Positions 48,928-58,650 of a stretch of DNA of 64,000 nucleotides are shown here, one piece after another. Within the stretch, counting starts at the first letter, position 1, and each line of letters opens with the position of its first letter. Source of the DNA: Chryseobacterium sp. Its GTDB lineage: Bacteria > Bacteroidota > Bacteroidia > Flavobacteriales > Weeksellaceae. The stretch lies in NCBI RefSeq assembly GCF_022869225.1, contig NZ_JALIHL010000001.1, forward strand, positions 2,285,721-2,349,720, in the 5' to 3' direction. The notes beneath the pieces are model-generated. The model was given only the letters and a program-made list of their open reading frames with translations. It was not told the origin of the DNA and made no database searches. The translations under genes and the position numbers were made by a program.

Positions 48928-49374
48928 ATGATAATGCGCATGAAAAAAATACTATTATCACTTTTTACAGTTTTGCTTTTAGGAGCAGTCTTCAATTGTT
49001 CCGCTGTACCGGATAAAAATCCGTCTCTGCAGAGACAGTGGATGCTGGTCTCTTTTAACGGGTTCACCAAAGATCAATTGATTGATCATAAAGCTGAAAT
49101 CGATCTGAAATCCAGGTTAGAAAACGGCAAAATACAGGGAAGTGCCTACATGGGCTGCAACAGAATGTCTTTTACTTCTGAGTTTAAAAAAGGAGGAAAG
49201 GTAAAAATTTCAAATGGGGCAAGTACAGCAAAAGCCTGCGAGAATATGGAGCTGGAAGCGGCTTTTCAGAAGAATTTTGACTCGATGACGAAATATTCAG
49301 TGGAAGGACATTTTCTTACGCTGTCTGATGAGCATGGAAATTCAATGAAGTTTGTTGCTGCTGATTGGGATTAA
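48928..49374 (+). CDS. META-domain lipoprotein
   Basis: Likely start 48940; VFNC; GSAYMGCNRM, STAKAC, LTLSD. Confidence 0.85.
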   Translation: MIMRMKKILLSLFTVLLLGAVFNCSAVPDKNPSLQRQWMLVSFNGFTKDQLIDHKAEIDLKSRLENGKIQGSAYMGCNRMSFTSEFKKGGKVKISNGASTAKACENMELEAAFQKNFDSMTKYSVEGHFLTLSDEHGNSMKFVAADWD

Positions 49375-49398
49375 TAAAAATATATTTACCAAATACAA

Positions 49399-49420
49399 AA
49401 GTCCGCTGTTCAGCGGACTT
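49399..49420. terminator. Terminator between convergent genes
   Basis: aagtccgct-gttc-agcggactt. Confidence 0.75.
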
Positions 49421-49464
49421 CTTTTGTTTGAAAAATCTAGATTGGCTATTAGTTTTTTGGGTTA

Positions 49465-49881
49465 TCAGTTTTTTGGGATTGTTTTTTTTATTTCTTCCAG
49501 TGTAGCCGTATTGGGCAATCCGGCAGTCATATGATTTGTGTTCCTAGAATTATCTGTATTACGAGATGCCTGTCTGTTAGGGATTGTTTTCTTTATTTCT
49601 TCAAGACTCGCCGTGTTGGGGAGCAGCTTTCCTGTATTATCAGTGGATATTTTGGGTTTTGTTTCCTGTTTTTTAACTTCCAGCCCCTGATCAGAAACCA
49701 GCCCTGTTTGTGCTTTTTTCTTCTCCGCGTTTTCCCGGGCTTCTTTCAGCAGTTTTGCTTCCTGTTCTTTGGCCTGTTTTACAACTTGGGTCTGATCATC
49801 CACTGGAGTTACCTGTTTATTTTCCTGAGCATAGATCATGGAGCTTAAAAATAAGAATGAGGCAATAAATACTGTTTTCAT
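49465..49881 (-). CDS. Secreted hypothetical protein with duplicated LPNTAxLEEIKKTIP motif
   Basis: Signal peptide ..YAQ; motif present twice; 6 nt downstream of the fibre gene. Confidence 0.75.
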   Translation of the reverse strand: MKTVFIASFLFLSSMIYAQENKQVTPVDDQTQVVKQAKEQEAKLLKEARENAEKKKAQTGLVSDQGLEVKKQETKPKISTDNTGKLLPNTASLEEIKKTIPNRQASRNTDNSRNTNHMTAGLPNTATLEEIKKTIPKN

Positions 49882-49887
49882 GATGAT

Positions 49888-52410
49888 TTATTTTATGTTG
49901 ACTAATACTTGAATTTTTCCGGTCTCCTTTTGATCATAATCCTGAAGCGATTTTCCGATGACCTGGCCTATTTTAACCTTTTTAAGATTAGCTTTCATGG
50001 CTACTCCCGGGATTGAAGAGGTAACAAGAAGATCCCCTCTTTTTATTTTTCCGTTTTCGAGGCATACTTTGGTGGGGATAACCCCAATGACCCCCATGGG
50101 AACTTTACCTGAAATATCTGTATCAATATGCTCTTCGGTGAGAAGTACCCCCGGTTTGGTAGCATATACGCCGGCAACAAGGTTAGAATAGGGTTTTGAA
50201 GATTTTTCTACTGTTCTGTCTGAATGTGTTGAAATAACCAGGATGTCACCGCTTTCATATTCTGAAATATTTCCTTCCACATCAAATGCTTCGGCAACGT
50301 CAGCACCGCTGTTTTGCGTGCCTCCATTAAAAAATCCTTTTCCGGTATTGTCTATACGGGCTACATTTACTGCTGTTGGATTTCCAGATCTGAATATAGC
50401 GATAGAACCGGTACTACGGGTTTCTGCTGTCAGCGGAGGGTTGGTATTGGCGGTATTATAATTGACGAATCTTGCTGCGCGTCCTGTCCCGAAGTTAGGA
50501 ACCCACGCATAGATGGCGCTTCCAGAGCCGTCTGCTGTTGTTTCAACACCATCTCCGGTATTCGATGCATTAGCCGTGATACCGTTTCCGTTTCCGTCTG
50601 CAATAGCGATCAGTGCAGGGCTGTTTCCGGCAGGATTGCTGGCATGGAACAATCCTGCAAAACCTCCGGTTCCCGAAGATATGCCATAAATACCTGCTGT
50701 TCCGAAATTAGAAAACTGAGAGTTTACTTCTCCTCTTACCGCTGCAGAAGTTCCTGTTACCCGGTCTACTTTAAAGTTTCCCGCGGTACCATTCCCTACA
50801 GTAGTTACTGTTATTACATCGCTGGTATTGGATTCATTAAAGATGTTAAATCGTCCGGCACGCCCGGTGGCGAAGGTGGGAACCCAGGCATAAAGAGCAT
50901 TTCCTGCACCATCAATATTAGTCTCTACACCATTGCCGTTTTTGCTTGCATTGGCTGTGATTGCATTTCCATTTCCATCGGTGATGGCTACCAAGGCAGG
51001 GCCGTTACCTGAAGGATTGGACGCGTGGAATAGTCCGGCGAAGCCGCCGGTTCCCGAAGAAACTCCAAAAATACCTGCCGCTCCAAAGTTTCCAAAAATT
51101 GTTTTCACTTCCCCTCTTACGGCAGCACCTACACTATTGGTGTTGTTGACAAGAAAAGAAGAAGCATTCCCCTGGGTGTTGTCAGGAATATTCCCGTTTC
51201 CATTAGTTTCTACTTCAAAAGTATTTTTGGCAGTATTGGTTTGGTTAAAATTTTCAAATCTTCCTGCGCGTCCCGTACTGTTATTTAACCCTACCTGTCC
51301 GTATACACCAATACCGGTTCCTGAAGTGTTGGTAGAAACAAATCCTCTCACTCCATATCCTCCGCCATCATTCCTGCCTACCACAGCACCGGCAATGTCA
51401 CTGGTGGTTCTTCCTACTATAGCCTCCCCATTTCCATTGTTATCTCCCACGATACCTGCAGAAGTCTGGGCGGAGGTAATACCATGTACTCCAAATCCGC
51501 TGCCTGTAGAACTTAATATCCCGGCTCCGCTACCTGAAGTGGTGATATTTACGACGGTACCGTTACCTACAGTGGAGGCATTAAGGACATTATTGTTATT
51601 GGAATTATTAAAAATTGCGATATTGGCTGCAATTCCGTTATTGCTGGTCGCATTCAGACCCGTTCCTGTATTACTGTTGGCATATACCCCGTATCCGTTT
51701 CCGCTGGCATTTCCATATACACCTAAGCCATTGGGGGTAACGCCATATACTCCCCATCCGCTTCCATTCTGGCTTCCGTACACTCCTACACCCAATCCGC
51801 CGGTCCCGTTATTGATCCCCCGTACTGCTGAAGAAAATCCTCCCGGGGCCGTGTTGCTCACAATTCCTCTCACTGCGGCAATACTGGAGGTAACCGTGCT
51901 GTTAATGCCTTCTAGCGAAGTTCCATCTCCATCATTCGTTAATGAAAACAATGTAGAAGCGTTGTTGACGGTGCTGGTATAAGGAATAGCAAAGCTGCCG
52001 CCGGTGCCTCCTGCAGATTTGGCATACATAGCGTAAGGTACACTGAGCAGCTGGCTGGTTCCTGTTATGGTATAAGTCGTTCCTCCGGTAGGGTCAGTTT
52101 CTGTTTTTAAATAATAGTTTCCTGAAGGCCAGTCTATCGTAGCGAACGTTCCCGAAAGAACAGTTCCTGTTCCTATTTCCAAACTGATAAGCCCATTGGA
52201 ATTGGTACTTCCTGTAAGTCTTTCAGAGTAGACGGCAGCTCCGGCAGGGGATCCCTGTAATATGCTTGCCCTTACTCCAATACTTTGATTGCTTAAAAGT
52301 TGTCCAGATCCGTTTCTTATAACAGCCTGGTAGCTCATTTTTTCCGGTGCCTGCGAGAGCCCCATAAAGAGACCCAGCAGAATCCAGGACAATAATAATA
52401 TTCTTTTCAT
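49888..52410 (-). CDS. Secreted Gly/Asn-rich fibre-like protein with C-terminal intramolecular chaperone (peptidase G2/IMC-like) domain
   Basis: QAPEKMSYQAVIR..LLSVPYAMYA N-domain; many GVYG/AVRG repeats; ADVAEAF..GDILVIS..GVYATKPG..GDLLVTS..IGKSL. Confidence 0.8.
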   Translation of the reverse strand: MKRILLLSWILLGLFMGLSQAPEKMSYQAVIRNGSGQLLSNQSIGVRASILQGSPAGAAVYSERLTGSTNSNGLISLEIGTGTVLSGTFATIDWPSGNYYLKTETDPTGGTTYTITGTSQLLSVPYAMYAKSAGGTGGSFAIPYTSTVNNASTLFSLTNDGDGTSLEGINSTVTSSIAAVRGIVSNTAPGGFSSAVRGINNGTGGLGVGVYGSQNGSGWGVYGVTPNGLGVYGNASGNGYGVYANSNTGTGLNATSNNGIAANIAIFNNSNNNNVLNASTVGNGTVVNITTSGSGAGILSSTGSGFGVHGITSAQTSAGIVGDNNGNGEAIVGRTTSDIAGAVVGRNDGGGYGVRGFVSTNTSGTGIGVYGQVGLNNSTGRAGRFENFNQTNTAKNTFEVETNGNGNIPDNTQGNASSFLVNNTNSVGAAVRGEVKTIFGNFGAAGIFGVSSGTGGFAGLFHASNPSGNGPALVAITDGNGNAITANASKNGNGVETNIDGAGNALYAWVPTFATGRAGRFNIFNESNTSDVITVTTVGNGTAGNFKVDRVTGTSAAVRGEVNSQFSNFGTAGIYGISSGTGGFAGLFHASNPAGNSPALIAIADGNGNGITANASNTGDGVETTADGSGSAIYAWVPNFGTGRAARFVNYNTANTNPPLTAETRSTGSIAIFRSGNPTAVNVARIDNTGKGFFNGGTQNSGADVAEAFDVEGNISEYESGDILVISTHSDRTVEKSSKPYSNLVAGVYATKPGVLLTEEHIDTDISGKVPMGVIGVIPTKVCLENGKIKRGDLLVTSSIPGVAMKANLKKVKIGQVIGKSLQDYDQKETGKIQVLVNIK

Positions 52411-52415
52411 GGTAT

Positions 52416-52892
52416 TTATTTTTTGAGGATTTTAAACGTTTTAACAGGGGTTCCGTTTTGGCTGATTCTGATGATATACAGGGCAGAGGGTAAGGAGGAG
52501 AAGTTCAGTTCGGATTTTGATTGTAAAATTTTGTCTTTTTTGATCAGTTTGCCTTGTGCATCAAATAATTGGTACTCCGAACCCTTATAAGTGTTGGTTG
52601 TAAAATCTAAATACAAATAATCTTTAAAAGGATTGGGGTAGAGTAAGATATCCTTCTGATCTGATGAAATTTCGTGGGTTGACAGGGTCGTGATTTCATA
52701 ACCCAGCTGCACTCCTTCCAATAGTTGAGCAGGAGTACCTTTATTTAGGTAAGCCGTCTGGCCTATGCTGTAAGAAACAGATCCATTGCCTGCTGATGCA
52801 TCCGTTCCCGTAGCCAGAACTGCTGACTGGGCATGAAAGATAACTATTGAAAATACAGACAAGGGGAGGCAATAAATAATTTTTTTTTTCAT
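52416..52892 (-). CDS. Small T9SS type A cargo protein
   Basis: Signal peptide, GSVSYSIGQ, CTD ILLYPNPF..FDAQGK..ALYIIRI..FKILKK. Confidence 0.9.
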   Translation of the reverse strand: MKKKIIYCLPLSVFSIVIFHAQSAVLATGTDASAGNGSVSYSIGQTAYLNKGTPAQLLEGVQLGYEITTLSTHEISSDQKDILLYPNPFKDYLYLDFTTNTYKGSEYQLFDAQGKLIKKDKILQSKSELNFSSLPSALYIIRISQNGTPVKTFKILKK

Positions 52893-53041
52893 AAATAACA
52901 GTTTTAGGTTAATAAACAGAAAGGAAATTTGGGAAGACTAAATTACTGCCTATCAGAATCTGATGACAGAAAAATAGACCAACGGAAGAAATAATCGACC
53001 AATGGCATTTTGCAAATTATTATTGAAATTGGAACGTATTT

Positions 53042-53749
53042 TTAAGGCTCAAAAAAGGAGAGGTTATCTTTGTAGGTTCTGCCTATAGGAAGCTTGATCT
53101 GATGGGTTAATTCTATTTCATGACAGCTTTTTCCACGGATGAGATGACGGGGTATCGCATAGCTCCGGTGTATCCTTACAAAAGAATCAAAAAAGTCTTT
53201 ATGAAGGAGGTTTCCTAAAGAATCCAGGATACAATGGTTTTTTTCAAGAGTGATGATCCGGGTATAATCCTTTAAAGCTTCGAGATACAGAATATCGGTT
53301 TTCCTGATCTGAAAAATACTGCCGCCTTCTTTTATTTTAATAAAATTTTCCCCAAAAAGGGCATCATAGCAATCACATTTTTCTCTTACTTTAAAAAAAT
53401 CAAAAAGTTTCTGCATAGAATAATGAAACCGTTCCGAAGTCAGAGGTTTTGTAATAAAGTCTAAAGTGTCGATTTCAAAAACGGAAGCGGCTAGTTCCGG
53501 ACGGGAGCTTACAAAGATACAGGCGGGAATTTTATGGGCTATTTTTCTGAATTCCAGTCCGTTCATTCCTTTTAAACTGGTTTCAGTGAGCAGAAGGTCT
53601 ACAGGGCGTTCAAGATAAGGAATCGCTTTCTCTGCCGAATCCAGAGCAGCGATTATTTCTATGTTTTCATACTGTCTTATGTAATGCTGAAGAACCAGCC
53701 TGTCCAGTTCATCAGCATCAATAATCATACACGTGATAGGTGTAATCAT
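53042..53749 (-). CDS. Orphan LytTR response regulator with atypical receiver
   Basis: LytTR motifs ILYLEALKDYT and FVRIHRSY; phospho-site region reads DLLLTE. Confidence 0.88.
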   Translation of the reverse strand: MITPITCMIIDADELDRLVLQHYIRQYENIEIIAALDSAEKAIPYLERPVDLLLTETSLKGMNGLEFRKIAHKIPACIFVSSRPELAASVFEIDTLDFITKPLTSERFHYSMQKLFDFFKVREKCDCYDALFGENFIKIKEGGSIFQIRKTDILYLEALKDYTRIITLEKNHCILDSLGNLLHKDFFDSFVRIHRSYAIPRHLIRGKSCHEIELTHQIKLPIGRTYKDNLSFFEP

Positions 53750-53939
53750 GATCCTCTGGATGTTAGTTTTTAATATATAATGATTTAAATCAAAAAATTA
53801 TTATAAAGTTATTGATTTTTATCAAAAAAAGGATATTGAACTTAAAATTATATTAAAAATTATCCTTAAGTACAATTTGATTTTGTTTTTTTTCTGAAAA
53901 ATATTAACTTGTAAAAATCATAAACATAGACAGAACTTA

Positions 53940-55163
53940 ATGTTAGAAAAGAAAGAACATAACTATGAGAAAGCGGTCTTGGTGGGGATTATTACTCAAA
54001 ATCAAGATGAAGAAAAACTGATGGAGTATATGGATGAGTTGGAGTTTTTGGCTTTCACAGCAGGAGCAACCGTACAAAAACGTTTCACTCAAAAATTAAC
54101 GCAGCCTGATTCCAAAACGTTTATCGGAAGTGGAAAAGCACTTGAGATAAAAGAATATGTAAAAGAAAACGAGATAGGAACTGTAATTTTTGATGATGAA
54201 CTTTCTCCTTCACAGCTTAAAAACCTGGAAAGAGAAATGGAAGTTAAAATTTTAGACAGAACCAATCTTATTCTCGATATTTTTGCTCAGAGGGCTCAAA
54301 CTTCCTATGCAAGAACTCAGGTGGAATTGGCACAATATCAATATCTTTTGCCACGACTAACAAGAATGTGGACTCACTTGGAACGCCAGAAAGGGGGTAT
54401 TGGGATGAGAGGTCCCGGTGAAACAGAAATTGAAACTGACCGCCGTATTATTCGTGACAGGATCACTTTGTTGAAAGATAAGTTAAAGACAATAGACAAG
54501 CAGATGGCAACGCAGCGTAACAATCGTGGAAAAGTTGTTCGTGCCGCTTTGGTAGGATATACCAATGTAGGAAAGTCTACCTTGATGAACTCCCTTTCAA
54601 AATCTGAAGTTTTTGCGGAAAACAAATTGTTTGCCACACTGGATACGACAGTAAGAAAGGTAGTGATTGGAAATCTGCCGTTTTTGCTTACCGATACGGT
54701 AGGATTCATCAGGAAGTTGCCTACTCAATTGGTAGAATCGTTTAAATCTACTTTGGATGAGGTGCGTGAAGCAGATCTTTTGATTCACGTGGTTGATATT
54801 TCCCATGAAAGTTTTGAAGATCATATAGAATCTGTGAATCATATTTTAATGGAAATCAACGCTCATCAGAAACCTATGATCATGGTTTTCAACAAGATTG
54901 ATGATTTCAGCTATGAGAAAAAGGATGAAGATGACCTGACCCCGTCAACACGAAAGAATGTGTCTTTGGACGAATGGAAAAAAACATGGATGGCAAAATC
55001 CAAGTATCCGACAGTTTTCATCTCAGCTTTGACTAAGGAAAATTTCCCGGAAATGAAAAGGCTCATTTATGACGAGGTCATGAAGATCCATATTTCCAGA
55101 TTCCCTTATAATGATTTCCTTTTCGAATATTTCGATGACGAAGACGAAGAAAATACCAATTAA
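53940..55163 (+). CDS. hflX: GTPase HflX
   Basis: GMRGPGETEIETDRR, GYTNVGKS, FATLDTT, DTVGF, NKID. Confidence 0.97.
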   Translation: MLEKKEHNYEKAVLVGIITQNQDEEKLMEYMDELEFLAFTAGATVQKRFTQKLTQPDSKTFIGSGKALEIKEYVKENEIGTVIFDDELSPSQLKNLEREMEVKILDRTNLILDIFAQRAQTSYARTQVELAQYQYLLPRLTRMWTHLERQKGGIGMRGPGETEIETDRRIIRDRITLLKDKLKTIDKQMATQRNNRGKVVRAALVGYTNVGKSTLMNSLSKSEVFAENKLFATLDTTVRKVVIGNLPFLLTDTVGFIRKLPTQLVESFKSTLDEVREADLLIHVVDISHESFEDHIESVNHILMEINAHQKPMIMVFNKIDDFSYEKKDEDDLTPSTRKNVSLDEWKKTWMAKSKYPTVFISALTKENFPEMKRLIYDEVMKIHISRFPYNDFLFEYFDDEDEENTN

Positions 55164-55792
55164 TGAAATATTACTTTTTCCTCCTGTTCCTTCTGTTTTC
55201 GGTTTTTGGATTCAGCCAGAAATCAAAAATAGATTTCAGAGCTATTGAGAAAGGTCTCAAAAGCACTGATTCTCCGTATAATTATGACAAACTTGTTTTC
55301 AAATATAAAGGGTTTCCCAGATCTTTAGACAGCATAGAGTCACAATATCTTTACTACGGAAGAAATTTTAGGAATGATAGGATCAATACTACGGATAACC
55401 GCTTTAAAAGTCTGGCAGAAGCTTTTAAGCAAAATAATTTCGAAGCATGTATAAAACAGGGAAAAGCCTTATATGATAAGGATCCTACCAATTTGGATAT
55501 CCTTCTGATCCTTCTCAGAGCATTTGACTCTTTAAAAGACGGGAACAATTTTATGTACCACCTCAGCCAGTTCCGTTCATTGGCAGACGGAATAAAGAGC
55601 TCCGGAGATGGAAAGTCTGAAAAGACCGCTTATCTGGTCAACTCTGTAGGGGATGAATACATTCTGCTGAACATTCTGAATATTGGACAGGATTATACAA
55701 GAGGTTCAAAACCCGCGAAAGACGGAATGTTTGATATCTGGGAAAAAGATGGGAGTAAAACCTATATCAAAGTACTTTATTTTGACTCATAA
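55163..55792 (+). CDS. DUF4919-like secreted protein
   Basis: Signal peptide, YLYYG, SSGDGKSEKTAYLVNSVGDEY. Confidence 0.7.
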   Translation: MKYYFFLLFLLFSVFGFSQKSKIDFRAIEKGLKSTDSPYNYDKLVFKYKGFPRSLDSIESQYLYYGRNFRNDRINTTDNRFKSLAEAFKQNNFEACIKQGKALYDKDPTNLDILLILLRAFDSLKDGNNFMYHLSQFRSLADGIKSSGDGKSEKTAYLVNSVGDEYILLNILNIGQDYTRGSKPAKDGMFDIWEKDGSKTYIKVLYFDS

Positions 55793-55811
55793 TTAATTAA
55801 AAAAACACTTA

Positions 55812-57098
55812 GTGGAATTATATTATTCATTTTCAGCATTAATCGTATTAGCATCTATATTTGCATACCTTAACTACAGGTTTTTAAAACTTCCAAGTAC
55901 CATCGGAATCATGGTGATCGCCATAGTGGTGTCTATTTTCCTGGTAATGTTTGGAGAAACGATACTTCCAAGGACTTTCGGACATCTTAATAACCTGATG
56001 AACAGTATTGATTTTACAGAAGTTTTGATGGGGGCTATGCTTAATTTCCTTCTTTTTGCAGGAGGAATTCATATTAACATTAACGATCTTAAGGAACAGT
56101 TCAGACCTGTACTGATATTTTCCACCGTAGGAGTGGTTATTTCCACTTTTGTGGTAGGTTTCGGAATGTTTTATCTGTTGCCTTTAGTGGGAGTTCAGCT
56201 TCCTTTTATTTACTGCCTTGTTTTTGGTGCTTTGATTTCGCCTACTGATCCGGTAGCCGTTTTAAGTGTCCTGAAGCAGGCCAATGTTTCAAAATCACTG
56301 GAGACAAAAGTAGCGGGAGAATCCCTTTTCAATGATGGTATGGCGGTTGTGGTCTTTACAGTGGTCTTACAGCTTGCTGTCGGAAAAGAAGTAGATCTTG
56401 GGGTTGAAAGTATCGGATTGCTATTATTGAGAGAAGCCGGAGGAGGAATCTTGCTGGGCGGACTGTTAGGATGGATTACTTCCAGATTGATGCGTGAAGT
56501 GGATGATTATATTATCTCTGTGCTGGTAACACTTTCAGTAGTGATGGGAGGATATCTTATTGCACGACAGATGCATATATCGGGTCCGCTGACAATGGTG
56601 GCGGCCGGATTATTTATGGGGAACTTTAATAGGAGTTTCAAAATGAAGTCCATCACTCAGGATTATCTGATCAAATTCTGGGAACTGATCGATGAAATTC
56701 TGAATGCTGTATTATTCCTGTTTATCGGATTTGAACTTTTGATGATTAAAGATCTGAAGCACTTTATGATTCCGGGATTACTGGCAATTGTTGTGGTTCT
56801 GTTGGCCAGATTTATTTCCATCTGGGGTCCTACCAAGTTTACCTCTCTGAGAAGGAGTTTTAGCCCGCAAACCGTAAAAGTTCTTGTCTGGGGAGGAATC
56901 CGCGGGGGAGTTTCCATTGCATTGGCAATGTCTATCCCAAAAAGTGAATACAGTGAAATTATTTTAAGTATTACCTATTGTGTAGTTGTGTTCTCTATTA
57001 TTGTACAGGGGCTTACTATTGCAAAAGTGGCCAATCCCAAGCAAATTGCTGAAGAAGATGAAGAGCAGGAGAATGTGGTCCTGGATGAAAATCCCTGA
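55812..57098 (+). CDS. CPA1 Na+/H+ antiporter (NhaP-like)
   Basis: ISPTDPVAV, GESLFNDG, GGIRGGVSIALA; many TMs. Confidence 0.93.
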   Translation: MELYYSFSALIVLASIFAYLNYRFLKLPSTIGIMVIAIVVSIFLVMFGETILPRTFGHLNNLMNSIDFTEVLMGAMLNFLLFAGGIHININDLKEQFRPVLIFSTVGVVISTFVVGFGMFYLLPLVGVQLPFIYCLVFGALISPTDPVAVLSVLKQANVSKSLETKVAGESLFNDGMAVVVFTVVLQLAVGKEVDLGVESIGLLLLREAGGGILLGGLLGWITSRLMREVDDYIISVLVTLSVVMGGYLIARQMHISGPLTMVAAGLFMGNFNRSFKMKSITQDYLIKFWELIDEILNAVLFLFIGFELLMIKDLKHFMIPGLLAIVVVLLARFISIWGPTKFTSLRRSFSPQTVKVLVWGGIRGGVSIALAMSIPKSEYSEIILSITYCVVVFSIIVQGLTIAKVANPKQIAEEDEEQENVVLDENP

Positions 57099-57145
57099 TG
57101 TAATGGGGTGGGAAATATAAATCAAAAATTAGCTGCCGGTTTACT

Positions 57146-57865
57146 ATGAGTAGTATGGTTAAAGAAATACAAGAAGCATTGGCTCTTTTATCCATTCCCG
57201 AAAAAGCAGAATTTTTTCCAAGGTTTTTCAAGACAGGAAAAGGAGAATATGGGGAAGGAGATTTGTTTTTGGGTGTAAAAGTTCCGGACCAGAGGTCTGT
57301 AGCCAAAGAATACTATTCAAAAATTAATGTAAAAGAACTGAGTGAACTGCTTTCTTCAAAATACCACGAACATAGGCTGACGGCTCTTTTCATGCTGATC
57401 TCAAAATTTGAAAAAACAAAAGATCAGGCCGTAAAAGAGGAGGTGGTAGCCTTTTATCTTAATCATTTACCGTATGTCAATAATTGGGACCTGGTAGATT
57501 CAAGCTGCTACAAAATATTGGGCAGATATGCTTTTGAAAACCAGAAAGAAAATCTGCTCAGAGACCTTTCGGAGTCTGAAGAGATGTGGCATAAAAGAAT
57601 TGCTGTAGTAGGTACCATGCATTATGTGAAAAAAGGAGTATTTGAACTTACCAGAGAATTGGTAACAAGAAACTTAAAACATCCGCATGACCTGATGCAT
57701 AAGGCCAACGGATGGCTGCTCCGGGAAATGGGACAGAAAAATGAAACGGAGTTAATAAGCTATCTGAACCAATACTACAAAGAAATGCCCAGAACCTGCC
57801 TCAGATATGCCATTGAAAAACTGGATGAAGACCTTCGACAGGATTATCTGAAAGGAAGGATATAA
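57146..57865 (+). CDS. DNA alkylation repair protein (AlkD-like HEAT repeat)
   Basis: FFKTGKGEYGEGD, VNNWDLVD, MHKANGWLLRE, RTCLRYAIE. Confidence 0.9.
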   Translation: MSSMVKEIQEALALLSIPEKAEFFPRFFKTGKGEYGEGDLFLGVKVPDQRSVAKEYYSKINVKELSELLSSKYHEHRLTALFMLISKFEKTKDQAVKEEVVAFYLNHLPYVNNWDLVDSSCYKILGRYAFENQKENLLRDLSESEEMWHKRIAVVGTMHYVKKGVFELTRELVTRNLKHPHDLMHKANGWLLREMGQKNETELISYLNQYYKEMPRTCLRYAIEKLDEDLRQDYLKGRI

Positions 57866-57964
57866 AGCAATTGGCCTTATCCGGACAGAAGACCTCCAAA
57901 ATAAAAACAAGGAGGTAAGAGATTTAATGTAGAATTGAGTAATTTTGTGTTTTTAAACTCAATC

Positions 57965-58633
57965 ATGAAAAAAAATCTCAAATTATATATTCTGTTTTTA
58001 CCTGTATTTTTTCTGACCAGTTGTTTTGATATTTTAGACAAGGTTCATGTAAAAGCTGACGGAACAGGAGAATATACGATTATTCTTAATGCCAGTAAAA
58101 GCAAAACAAGGCTGGCTTCAATTTCTAAAATGGAAAGCATTAATGGAAAAAAAGTTCCCAAAAAACAAGAAATTGAAAATAAAATCAATGAAGCCGCTAA
58201 AATTTTCAAGGGTACACCGGGAATCACCAATGTAAAAACATCGATGGATTTTGATAACTATATCATCAAACTGAGCTGCAGCTTCAAAAAGATTGAAAAT
58301 ATCAATGCGGGATTAGAAAAACTTAAAGCTCAGAATATAGTGGGAAAAATGATTCCGACCCAGATTTACAGTCAGAATCTTGAGAAAAAATCATTGGTAA
58401 GAAACAAAGTAAATACATTCAAAGCAGACTACGATAAGATGAGTAAGGCAGACAAAGAGGTCTTTAACGATGCCCGATATACTTCCGTCATGCAGTTTGA
58501 AAATACCGTAAAATCTCAGACAAACAGCTCCTATCTGCTTTCACCCAATAAGAAAGCCATAAAACTCGAGGCATATATTCTGGATTTAATTCTTCAAAAA
58601 AAACAAATACACAATACGATTCTATTTCAATAA
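57965..58633 (+). CDS. Hypothetical lipoprotein
   Basis: Probable start MKKNLK, lipobox LTSC. Confidence 0.7.
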   Translation: MKKNLKLYILFLPVFFLTSCFDILDKVHVKADGTGEYTIILNASKSKTRLASISKMESINGKKVPKKQEIENKINEAAKIFKGTPGITNVKTSMDFDNYIIKLSCSFKKIENINAGLEKLKAQNIVGKMIPTQIYSQNLEKKSLVRNKVNTFKADYDKMSKADKEVFNDARYTSVMQFENTVKSQTNSSYLLSPNKKAIKLEAYILDLILQKKQIHNTILFQ

Positions 58634-58650
58634 ATTTCTAATATTTAGCC

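Noticed and set aside
50314-51982. Long plus-strand ORFs (232 aa and 349 aa)
   Set aside because: Antisense shadows of the Gly/Asn/Thr-rich fibre gene; Pro/Leu-rich composition mirrors its codons.
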